A stretch of DNA of 33,193 nt, from NCBI GenBank assembly GCA_041576165.1, contig JBFGLM010000048.1:1-33193 (forward strand), given 5' to 3'. A program made the translations under genes and the position numbers. The notes beneath the pieces were generated by a model, which did no database searches, was not told the origin of the DNA, and was given only the letters and a program-made list of their open reading frames with translations. Positions within the stretch are counted from its first letter, which is position 1, and each line of letters begins with the position of its first letter. Positions 18,558 through 27,006 of the stretch are shown here, piece by piece. Source of the stretch: Acidimicrobiia bacterium (lineage in GTDB: Bacteria; Actinomycetota; Acidimicrobiia; Spongiisociales; Spongiisociaceae).

Positions 18558-20213
18558 TCACCCAGTCGCCATCGGCAAGTCGACACCCCGTTCCCGGGCG
18601 ATGGCGTGCGCCCGGTCGTAGCCGGCGTCGGCATGGCGCATCACCCCGGTGCCCGGATCGGTCGTGAGCACCCGGTCGAGCCGTTCGTCGGCAAGTTCGG
18701 AACCGTCGGCCACGACGACCATCCCGGCATGAATCGAGCGCCCGATTCCCACCCCGCCGCCGTGGTGGACGCTCACCCAGGTGGCGCCGCTCGCCGCGTT
18801 GACGAGCGCATTGAGGATCGGCCAGTCGGCGATTGCGTCCGACCCATCGGCCATCGCCTCGGTTTCACGGTAGGGCGATGCGACTGATCCTGAGTCGAGA
18901 TGATCCCGCCCGATCACGATCGGGGCGGTGAGCTCTCCGGAGCGCACCATCTGGTTGAAGCGAAGGCCGAGCCGGCGCCGCTCTCCGTAGCCGAGCCAGC
19001 AGATCCGAGCCGGCAGCCCTTGAAACGCCACCCGCTCGGATGCCATCTGGATCCAGCGTGCCAGGCCGGGATCGTCGGGAAACTCCACGAGCACTGCCTG
19101 GTCCGTGGCTGCAATGTCGGCCGGATCTCCGCTCAGGGCCACCCAGCGAAATGGCCCTTTCCCTTCACAGAACAGCGGGCGGATGTACGCAGGTAAAAAG
19201 CCGGGATAGTCGAACGCGCGCTGGAACCCGCCGAGCTGGGCCTCGGTGCGCAAGCTGTTCCCGTAGTCGAAGACCTCGGCTCCCCGGTCAAGGAAGCCAA
19301 CCATCGCCGAGCAGTGAATTGCCATGCTTGCCCGAGCTCGGCGCACCAGTTCGCCTGGATCCTCGGTTGCCATGCGAGCCGCCGCTGTGGGCGTCAGATC
19401 GTTGGGAACGTACGACATCGGATCGTGAGCCGGGGTCTGGTCGGTGACGATGTCGGCTGGGAACTCCAACTCCAGGAGACGGGGCACGAGATCGGCTGCG
19501 TTGCCGATGACCCCGACAGAAAGCGGCCGACGCTCGTCCCGGGCCACGACGCAGCGGGCCACGGCGTCCTCGAGCGATCCGGCCAGCTCATCCAGATACT
19601 TTGTCTCGAGACGGCGGCGGGCTCGGTCAGCGTCCACCTCGATGCAAAGCGCAACACCTTCGTTCATGGTGATCGCCAGCGGTTGGGCGCCACCCATGCC
19701 ACCCAGGCCGGCGGTGACCGTGATGGTTCCCGCCAGGGAGCCACCAAAGCGCTTCTCCGCAATGGCACGAAAGGTCTCGTACGTGCCCTGCAGAATGCCC
19801 TGGGTGCCGATGTAGATCCATGAGCCCGCGGTCATCTGCCCGTACATGGTGAGTCCGGCCGCTTCGAGGCGGCGGAATTCATCCCAATCAGCCCAGTCGG
19901 GCACGAGGAGCGAGTTCGCCAACAGGACTCGCGGCGCCCATTGATGCGTACGGAACACGCCGACGGGCTTTCCCGATTGAACCAGCAACGTCTCGTCGTC
20001 GTCCAAGCGCTGCAAGGTCGTCACGATGGCGTCGAAGGCCTGCCAGGAACGCGCCGCCCGGCCGGTGCCCCCGTACACAACGAGGTCATCCGGTCGCTCA
20101 GCCACCTCGGGATCGAGGTTGTTCATCAGCATCCGCATGGCAGCTTCCTGCCCCCAGCCCTTGCACACGAGTTGGTTGCCTCGCGGCGCACGAACGATGC
20201 GCGGCGCGCTCAT
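18558..20213 (-). CDS. hutU: Urocanate hydratase
   Basis: [53 protein letters not shown]. Start re-called at ATG 20213, after an AGAGGAG SD. Confidence 0.97.
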   Translation of the reverse strand: MSAPRIVRAPRGNQLVCKGWGQEAAMRMLMNNLDPEVAERPDDLVVYGGTGRAARSWQAFDAIVTTLQRLDDDETLLVQSGKPVGVFRTHQWAPRVLLANSLLVPDWADWDEFRRLEAAGLTMYGQMTAGSWIYIGTQGILQGTYETFRAIAEKRFGGSLAGTITVTAGLGGMGGAQPLAITMNEGVALCIEVDADRARRRLETKYLDELAGSLEDAVARCVVARDERRPLSVGVIGNAADLVPRLLELEFPADIVTDQTPAHDPMSYVPNDLTPTAAARMATEDPGELVRRARASMAIHCSAMVGFLDRGAEVFDYGNSLRTEAQLGGFQRAFDYPGFLPAYIRPLFCEGKGPFRWVALSGDPADIAATDQAVLVEFPDDPGLARWIQMASERVAFQGLPARICWLGYGERRRLGLRFNQMVRSGELTAPIVIGRDHLDSGSVASPYRETEAMADGSDAIADWPILNALVNAASGATWVSVHHGGGVGIGRSIHAGMVVVADGSELADERLDRVLTTDPGTGVMRHADAGYDRAHAIARERGVDLPMATG

Positions 20214-20518
20214 GTCACGCTCCTCTGCCTCGATGGGGATCTGCGGCACGGTACGCCGGCCGTCCGAGACGGGTGGCGGCGGTTGCGGGAACGAAGGCGG
20301 GGCCAGACGCTGGAGCGGCCCGGCCCGAGCCACGGTTCACGCCAGCTGCTCACGTCCCATCCACCATCCAGCGCACTTCAGCCGCTCAGCTCCTCCGCCG
20401 GGGGTCAGATCTGCTCCCAGCCTGGTGTTAGAGCCGCAGCCTATCGCGCGGTCCTCGAGAGAGCGGCGTGAGCTCACGCCGCGGCCACCGAACACCGGAG
20501 CCGGTGAGCAGTCCCTCC

Positions 20519-21124
20519 TCAGTTGTGCCGGCTGGTGCGGGAGCGTCCGGCTGTGAGCAGTTCTTGATCGAACAGCTGGCGGAGTCGCCGCAACGCTCGC
20601 TGCCGGGTCGGGCCCAGGCTGCCGATTGGCCGGCACAGAACGGTTGCCGCCCGGTCGTAGTCGACCTGGCCGTTGAGCACCAGCGTGTCGAGGATCAGCT
20701 GGTCATCCGGCCGGAGCCGCTCCCAGGCTCGGTTCATGGCAGCTCTCGCTTCTCTGTCGACCAGGCACTCGTCGGGAGCAGACTCGTGGATTGATGCTAC
20801 GTCGAACGTCAGGGGCGCTGTGCGGCGTTGTTTGCGAATCACCGCCAGAGCCTCGCGGCGGGCCGTCGTCACCAGCCAGGAACGGACCGCACCTGGATCC
20901 CGGATTTCCTCGATGTGTTCGTACAGTCGTAGCCAGACGGCCTGGCCGACGTCCGCCACCTCGGAATCGGAAAGGCGCATGCGACGGGCGACCGAGAATA
21001 CAAGTCGCTCGTGCGAACGGTACATCTCAGACCAGGCCGAGGCTGAACCGCGTCGGCATCGATCGACCAGCTCGAACAGCAGGTCCTTGTGGTGGGGTGC
21101 GTGCTGATTGGTGGCTGCCGCCAT
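20519..21124 (-). CDS. ECF-family RNA polymerase sigma factor
   Basis: Region 2 (DVGQAVWLRL...SWLVTTARREAL) and region 4 (YDRAATVLCRPIGSLGPTRQRALRRLR). ATG 21124 follows a TGAGGA SD. Confidence 0.88.
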   Translation of the reverse strand: MAAATNQHAPHHKDLLFELVDRCRRGSASAWSEMYRSHERLVFSVARRMRLSDSEVADVGQAVWLRLYEHIEEIRDPGAVRSWLVTTARREALAVIRKQRRTAPLTFDVASIHESAPDECLVDREARAAMNRAWERLRPDDQLILDTLVLNGQVDYDRAATVLCRPIGSLGPTRQRALRRLRQLFDQELLTAGRSRTSRHN

Positions 21125-21151
21125 CGCAGTCCTCAGTGACGAGACGACGCC

Positions 21152-21183
21152 ACCATGCCAGAGCGCTCTCAAAAAACGCTCAA
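21152..21183 (-). promoter_or_regulatory. Putative SARP-binding direct repeat and -10 element for the ECF sigma gene
   Basis: Minus strand reads TTGAGCG-N4-TTGAGAG-N8-CATGGT (21183-21177, 21172-21166, 21157-21152): 11-bp periodicity and 8 nt to the -10. Confidence 0.6.
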
Positions 21184-21187
21184 AGCG

Positions 21188-23944
21188 CTACAAGCTGAGG
21201 CTGCGGGCTATTGCGAACGCGTCGACTCCATCTTGGATGTCGTGGCCCAGCTCCCGGTTCAGGCGCTCTAGGTGGAATACCCGGTCTAGATCATTCGCGG
21301 CCAACCCGAGCTCGGTGTTGATTGCATGGTGCGCCGCCAGGGCTCGGCGTGCGCCGGCGGGATTGGATTCGTCTAGGTCGAGCGCGGCGAAGACGAGCAG
21401 GAGCTCGGCGACCAGCGCTCGATGCCCCACTTCGAGTGCCGCGCGCAGACCGCGCCGCGCAACCCGGCGGCTGTGCGACAGGCGGCCACGGCGCTCTTCA
21501 ATTGAGGCGAGGCGGTAAAGACTCAGAATCTCGATGCTTCGGTCGCTTCCTCGCTCGGCGAGATCGACCGCCTCATCGGCTAGCTCGGCTGCTTCATCGG
21601 GTCGGCCCGCCAAATGAGCATGAGCCGCCAGCATCGCGAGAGCGTGCGCAGCCGATGACGCATCGGACGCATCCCGAAAAGCGTCCGCAGCGTCCGCCAG
21701 CAGCCGGCCGGTCGCAGAGTCAGACGTCCCGTCGAGAAGGCTCGACTGGGCGAGGAGGAGATTGGCCCGGGCGACCGCCGGCAGGTCACCGACGCTGGCG
21801 GCGATGGCGCGCGCGGCTTCGAATTCGGCTCGAGCGTCCTCACCTGCGAACTGGTGGCCGTGTCCGAGCTCGATCAGCGCCCGGGCCTGCGGCCCCTCGA
21901 GGTCATGCCGCTCTGCCATGGCATGGGCGTGGGACGCGGCGTCGATTGCCTCTGCGTATTCGCCGCAGCGCTGTGCAACACGCGCATGGAGGAGGTGCAG
22001 CTCGACCAGGGCTTCGGATCCGTCAACGGGGGCGGACACGGCTCGCCGGAGCCAGACGAGAGCTTCCCCCAACCAACCGGGGAGGTTCATCCAGACCGGG
22101 ACAACCAGCTGGAGAATCCGCATCATGTCATCCCACCGGCCCAGCTGCATCGCCCGCGACATCGCGGCTCGACATGCCGGCTGCTCCGTTTCTGGTGCGT
22201 GGCCGGCTTGGTCGTTGCCGACTGCCCAGGCAATGATGCGTTCGTCAAAAATCGACCGGTGTGGCTCGGCATCGAGGAGCCCGCTTGCGGCCAGGCGAAT
22301 CGAATCGACGATGCGGTACTGAGCCGGCCCGGCCGGCGCCGGAATGATGTGGATCAGCCCGGCGTCATCGAGCCGTTGGATCGACGCGACCCCAGAGGGC
22401 CCGAGCAGGGCCCGAGCCACCCCGATCCCGAACATCCCCGGGATGCCGGACAGCAGGATCAAAGCGTCACGCGCGGGCCCGGTCAGGTCACCAGTCGGGC
22501 TGGGAGGGTCGCCAAGCGACCGGCCGGCCAGCGTCGCCAGATCAGTGGTCCGCAGCCGGGCGGCGGCCAGCTCGATCTCGAGTGGCACGCCGCCGGTCGC
22601 GGCCACCGCGTCGGCCAGGAGCTGTGGGTCGGCACGGAGGTCGTATCCCGGCCGCACAGCCCCGGCCCGCTGGATGAACAGGCTGACCGCCGCCAGGCTC
22701 GCCATCGTTTCGGGATCGGAGCCGCTGCGCGGAACGGGTAGGGGTCGGACTTCCGACACAGGCACGCCGGCCAATGGCGTCCGCGCAGTCGCCAGCACTG
22801 TGACCGGTTGCGCCCACAGCCAGTCCGCCGTCGCGGGGTCGATGTTGCGGGGTGGCTCAACGCCATCGAGTACCAGCAGCGAGGACATTGCCTCGAACCT
22901 TCGCTCGAGCGAGGCGCGTATATGGCCATCAACCGGTGTTCCCATCGCCGCAGCAATTGTCTGGAGCGCCAAACCCGGTTCGGTCACGCTCTCCAGATCC
23001 ACCCACCAGACCCCGCCGGCAAACTCATCGATGAGTTCAGCGGCGACCGTTCGCGCAATCGCTGTCTTCCCGACACCTCCGGGTCCGGTCAGCGCGACAT
23101 GCTCCTGGGCGCGCAACCTCGAAAGCGCTGATCGCAGTTCGGCGTCGCGCCCTATCAGCGAGTGTTGGGCCCGATCCAGATTCGTCCGGAGGGTTCCGAC
23201 CGGTCGGCCTAACGTCGGGTCCTGATTCAAGATCGCGATCTCGAGCTCTTGCAAGGCCGGGCAGGGGTCGATCCCACGGGCCTCTCGCAACCGGATCCTC
23301 AGCTCATGAAACGCGGCGAGCGCTTCCGACTGTCGACCGGCCCGGTACAGCGTGACCATCAGGAGCGCAGCCAGTGACTCGCGGTCCGGATGTTGCTCGA
23401 ACAGCGCCCTCAGCTCGGGCAGCGCTGCGTCCGGATCGAGCTCTGCCCGGGCCCGCGCTCGCGTCTCCTCGGTATGGACGTGGAGTTCTTCGAGGCGCTC
23501 GATCTCCTGGCGGACCGCATCGAGGTGTTCCACATCCACATACGCCGGACCGCGCCAGACGTCCAGCGCCGCCGTCAATTGCTCAGCGGCGCCCTCTGCG
23601 TCAGCCAGCCGGAGACGCTCGCCGCCCTGGCGGCTCAGCCGCTCGAACTCCGAGACGTCGACGTCCACGGTTTCGCGGTTGATCCGATAGCCGCCGCCCT
23701 CACCGATGATCGATGAGTGTCCCAGGATCTTGCGCAGGTTGGAGATGTGGGACTGCAGCGTGTGCTTGGTCGATGGTTTCGCGTCCTCCCGCCAGACCTC
23801 ATCAACGAGGCGATCCGCCGAGACGGTGAGTCCGCCCCGCACCAGCATCACCGACAAGACACCTTTGGCCACCACGCCGCCTACCGATGCGCGCTCTCCG
23901 CCCCGCACGACATCGATGGCGCCGAGCACCCGAACGGCTACCAC
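21188..23944 (-). CDS. AfsR/SARP-family regulator (OmpR-type wHTH + BTAD + STAND NTPase + TPR-like helices)
   Basis: VRVLGAI, LQSHISNLRK and GGYRI; BTAD segment WRGPAY...HPDRE...LYRAGRQSEAL; Walker A GPGGVGKT, Walker B LLVLD, GVPLEIELAAAR; Ala-rich helical repeats; AAGAGGAGG SD. Confidence 0.92.
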   Translation of the reverse strand: MVAVRVLGAIDVVRGGERASVGGVVAKGVLSVMLVRGGLTVSADRLVDEVWREDAKPSTKHTLQSHISNLRKILGHSSIIGEGGGYRINRETVDVDVSEFERLSRQGGERLRLADAEGAAEQLTAALDVWRGPAYVDVEHLDAVRQEIERLEELHVHTEETRARARAELDPDAALPELRALFEQHPDRESLAALLMVTLYRAGRQSEALAAFHELRIRLREARGIDPCPALQELEIAILNQDPTLGRPVGTLRTNLDRAQHSLIGRDAELRSALSRLRAQEHVALTGPGGVGKTAIARTVAAELIDEFAGGVWWVDLESVTEPGLALQTIAAAMGTPVDGHIRASLERRFEAMSSLLVLDGVEPPRNIDPATADWLWAQPVTVLATARTPLAGVPVSEVRPLPVPRSGSDPETMASLAAVSLFIQRAGAVRPGYDLRADPQLLADAVAATGGVPLEIELAAARLRTTDLATLAGRSLGDPPSPTGDLTGPARDALILLSGIPGMFGIGVARALLGPSGVASIQRLDDAGLIHIIPAPAGPAQYRIVDSIRLAASGLLDAEPHRSIFDERIIAWAVGNDQAGHAPETEQPACRAAMSRAMQLGRWDDMMRILQLVVPVWMNLPGWLGEALVWLRRAVSAPVDGSEALVELHLLHARVAQRCGEYAEAIDAASHAHAMAERHDLEGPQARALIELGHGHQFAGEDARAEFEAARAIAASVGDLPAVARANLLLAQSSLLDGTSDSATGRLLADAADAFRDASDASSAAHALAMLAAHAHLAGRPDEAAELADEAVDLAERGSDRSIEILSLYRLASIEERRGRLSHSRRVARRGLRAALEVGHRALVAELLLVFAALDLDESNPAGARRALAAHHAINTELGLAANDLDRVFHLERLNRELGHDIQDGVDAFAIARSLSL

Positions 23945-24150
23945 GAGCCTGCGTCCTCCTCTTGGGACCCATTATCGCGACCCAGGCTCGGGCTGGGGGA
24001 GTCTGTCTGGTGCGCGCCTGATGGTGGCGGGCGTGTGAAGCAATGCAGCCGTCGCAGCTGTCGTGCACCGCAATCAGCTCCTTGACTCCGCCGGCCGGAA
24101 GGCCCGCAGACGCGATCTATCGCCGGTACTGTGTCCTGAGGAGGTGGCTC

Positions 24151-24717
24151 GTGCCGAACATCAGTTATCCGAAGCTAGACGATCTAGCTCCGGAGGACCG
24201 AGAGATCATCGAATACGGGAGCTTGCACTCGACCCCTCGGCCGGAGAGCCAGACGATCCGCGCCCATGTGCCGGCCGTGTTGCATGCTTTCACCAACGCG
24301 TGGCGAGCGACGTTTCTCAACGGTGTGCTCGACCATGAGGTCAAGGAGCTATGCCGCGTCTACGTATCCAAGTCGATCGAGTGTGATTACTGAGGCGTTC
24401 AGCGATCCGTCCAGGCTGGACGGAAAGGCCTGACGGAGGAGCATTACGACGATCTGCTCCGGTTCGAAGACTCGGACCGGTACTCACCCCGGGAGAAAGC
24501 TGCCCTGCGATACACCAGCGCCATCCTCTGGGATGCGGGGATTGCCGATGAGGAGCTCTGGATAGAGCTCCACGCGCATTTCACCGAGCCAGAGCTCGTT
24601 GAACTCGGCTTTTTCGTTGCGCTGACCAGTGGTCAGCAGCGGTGGATAAAAACGCTCGGGATTGGACACCATGAAGTCTTGGGCGAGACCGAGGTGGGCT
24701 TGGCTCCTTCGGTGTAA
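24151..24717 (+). CDS. AhpD/carboxymuconolactone-decarboxylase-like protein, probable selenoprotein (C-D-Y-U, in-frame TGA at 24391-24393)
   Basis: GAGGAGGT SD, then GTG 24151. The frame reads ...VLDHEVKELCRVYVSKSIECDY*GVQRS...LLRFEDSDRYSPREKAALRYTSAILWD...DEELWIELHAHFTEPELVELGFFVAL... to TAA 24715-24717 with no other stop. The TGA falls at the second Cys position of the AhpD CxxC motif. Confidence 0.85.
24394..24430 (+). promoter_or_regulatory. Candidate bacterial SECIS element
   Basis: 12 nt after the TGA there is a perfect hairpin TCCGTCCA-GGC-TGGACGGA (24406-24424) with a G-led apical loop. Confidence 0.7.
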
Positions 24718-24803
24718 CTGCGCGTCCGCTTCCGGGTACCAGGACCTTCGAATAGGGGCATTCCCCCATAGTCAGAAGGGCACGCTGGATTCACAATCGT
24801 GAT

Positions 24804-25268
24804 GTGGAACCGGCAACGGCCAAGGTCAATCCAAATCGTGTGCTCCTCCTCATCGGAGCCGGCATAGCAGCACTTATTGTGGCTGTTCTGGCACTCAGCG
24901 CGGTTCGACGGGACCATCATCCGGAGCCTGGTACACCGGATGCCACCGTTGCGACCTACCTCGAGGCCATATTCGAACGGGACCATCAAGCAGCAGTCGC
25001 GCATTGGACGGAAGAGATCGGTGCCGATTGTTCTCGGGTTGACCTGACTCGGGCTTGGATCCCCCAAAACGTCAGAGCCGTTCTGGTCGCAACCCGAATC
25101 GATGGGAACACCGCCCAAGTCGACGTCGAGATGACGGATGCGTCCGGTGGGTTGCTGTTCGAGCACGAGTTCCAGGAGACCTTCTGGCTGACCCGTACCG
25201 GCGAGGGCTGGTTGATTTCCGAGATTCCCTGGCCCCTCTACGCATGCTCCGAAAGGATCGACCCATGA
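24804..25268 (+). CDS. Membrane-anchored hypothetical protein
   Basis: N-terminal TM helix, then PDATVATYLEAI...GWLISEIPWP (NTF2-like appearance); ATGA-coupled to the next gene. Confidence 0.7.
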   Translation: MEPATAKVNPNRVLLLIGAGIAALIVAVLALSAVRRDHHPEPGTPDATVATYLEAIFERDHQAAVAHWTEEIGADCSRVDLTRAWIPQNVRAVLVATRIDGNTAQVDVEMTDASGGLLFEHEFQETFWLTRTGEGWLISEIPWPLYACSERIDP

Positions 25269-26980
25269 TCGCCGCTCTCGTGCCGCTACTTGTGATCGGA
25301 GGGCTCATTGCGCTCGTCATCCGCGTCGTCGGCCGTCGCACGGCACAGACGGGAGAAGCAACCAGTGTCACCGTGCGCCGGTTCTTCCACTACGCGCTCA
25401 TGTACGGCGTGTTGGTCGTGGTAGCCATTGGCGTCAGCGGGCTGCTGGCTGAGATCATCCCCGCCCGAGGGATCGAAGTGCGCCGTGATCCCGTGGTGCT
25501 GGCCCGCTCGCTCGCGTTCGTCATTGTGGGCTCTCCCACCCTCGCCGGCCTCGGGATGTGGACCCAGCGTTTGCTCGATCGGGAGCCCCGGGAACGCGCT
25601 TCGTTCGGCTGGGCCTTCTACTTGACGGCTTCGCTGCTGAGCGCCCTCGTCGTGGCCGGCTGGGCGGCATTCGAGGCTCTCGGGTGGGTATTTGGGTTCG
25701 AAGATTTCGATCGGGAGTCATGGGCCCGGGCGGTCGTGTGGACTGTGGTCTGGGCTGGCCATTGGTGGCTTTCGATACGGGCCGGTCATCCCCCCCGCCT
25801 GCGCTTGGAACGTCTCGCCGGATCGGCCGCCGGCTTGATCGGCGTCGGAACCGCGCTGGGAGTGGCGCTGACCGCAGTTCTGGCATCGCTGTATGACGCC
25901 ACGGTTGAGGCGCCGGTGATCGTGCCCCTTGCGGACGGACTTGGTCGAGGCGGGGCGGGCGTGCTGGTCGGGGGCCTGATCTGGTGGTGGTACTGGCATC
26001 GCGGCGCGGTGCAGTTCAGCCGCGATACGCTGTGGCACGCCTACGTCCTGCTCATCGGGGTCTTCGGGGGGCTCGCCACAACCGTCGTGTCCGGCACTTT
26101 GGCGCTGTACACGGTGCTCGAGTGGTTCATCGGCGATCCGTCTGCCGCGACCGCGGCCGCTCAGTTTGACTCCGTTCCGGCCCAAGCGGCTGGTGTCATC
26201 GTCGGCGCCGGGCTCTGGTTCTACCACCGGGCCGTCCTGCGGGTGGCCGGCGCAACCGGACGCACGGACGTCGACCGGATCTATGACTACTTGATCGCTG
26301 GGATCGGGCTGCTGGCTGCGCTGGGAGGTGTCACGACATTGCTCGTTGCCGTGATCGACACGGTGCTGCCCGCGCCGGCTGTCGAGTTGGGAGCCTCGGC
26401 ACGCAACACACTGCTGGCCGCTATCACGCTGTTGGTGGTGGGCGGTCCGATCTGGTGGACCTTCTGGTCTCGTATCCAGGGTCTGATCCGGAAAGAATCA
26501 CGTGGCGAACAGACCTCCCCGATCCGACGGGTGTACCTGTTCGTTTTGTTCGGAATCGGCGGAGTGGCGGCGCTGATCAGCCTTCTGGTCGTCATGTTCG
26601 TTGCTATCGAGGACCTGATCGAAGGCAGGTTCGGCGCCGAGACAGTGAGGGACCTGCGTATTGGCTTGTCGATTGTGCTCACGGTGGGAGCGACGGCCGG
26701 GTACCACTGGAGCGTGTTCGGCCGCGATCGGGAGGTCGAGCCGGAGGAGCCCCCCGGGGTGAGGTCAGTCGTGCTGGTCGACCGCAACGGCGCAGCCCTG
26801 GCCGCCGCCATCTCTGACCAGTTCGGGGCGCGAGTCAGGCAGTGGCATCGCTTGGACGACCACGCCCCCGTCATCGACCCCGACGCCGTACTGCGAGCTC
26901 TTGCCGAGGAACGGTATCCCCATGTGCTGGTGCTGTCAGGGCCGGGAGGAGTCGAGATAGTGCCGTTCGAAGAGGACTGA
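25265..26980 (+). CDS. Multi-pass membrane protein, DUF5671-like repeats
   Basis: Start re-called at ATG 25265. Repeated helical-hairpin units beginning R-x-Y-x-Y/F and ending W-x-x-H/Y-W (RRFFHY, HAYVLL, RIYDYL, RVYLFV; WAGHW, WWWYW, WWTFW, GYHW), then a short soluble tail. Confidence 0.7.
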   Translation: MIAALVPLLVIGGLIALVIRVVGRRTAQTGEATSVTVRRFFHYALMYGVLVVVAIGVSGLLAEIIPARGIEVRRDPVVLARSLAFVIVGSPTLAGLGMWTQRLLDREPRERASFGWAFYLTASLLSALVVAGWAAFEALGWVFGFEDFDRESWARAVVWTVVWAGHWWLSIRAGHPPRLRLERLAGSAAGLIGVGTALGVALTAVLASLYDATVEAPVIVPLADGLGRGGAGVLVGGLIWWWYWHRGAVQFSRDTLWHAYVLLIGVFGGLATTVVSGTLALYTVLEWFIGDPSAATAAAQFDSVPAQAAGVIVGAGLWFYHRAVLRVAGATGRTDVDRIYDYLIAGIGLLAALGGVTTLLVAVIDTVLPAPAVELGASARNTLLAAITLLVVGGPIWWTFWSRIQGLIRKESRGEQTSPIRRVYLFVLFGIGGVAALISLLVVMFVAIEDLIEGRFGAETVRDLRIGLSIVLTVGATAGYHWSVFGRDREVEPEEPPGVRSVVLVDRNGAALAAAISDQFGARVRQWHRLDDHAPVIDPDAVLRALAEERYPHVLVLSGPGGVEIVPFEED

Positions 26981-27006
26981 ACGACCAGGTCAGCGCAAGG
27001 CCGGCT

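Noticed and set aside
24044-24080. CAGC-containing short repeats (GCAGCCGTC GCAGCTGTC...) between the SARP and AhpD-like genes
   Set aside because: The spacing is irregular (9/11/9) and the words are common in GC-rich DNA, so they cannot be supported as an operator.
24043-24393. ORF-track call of a 116-aa protein ending at TGA, or a pseudogene interpretation
   Set aside because: The SD supports a start at 24151, and the frame continues in the same fold past a TGA at the CxxC position with a SECIS-like hairpin. Recoding explains this better, although a nonsense mutation is not formally excluded.
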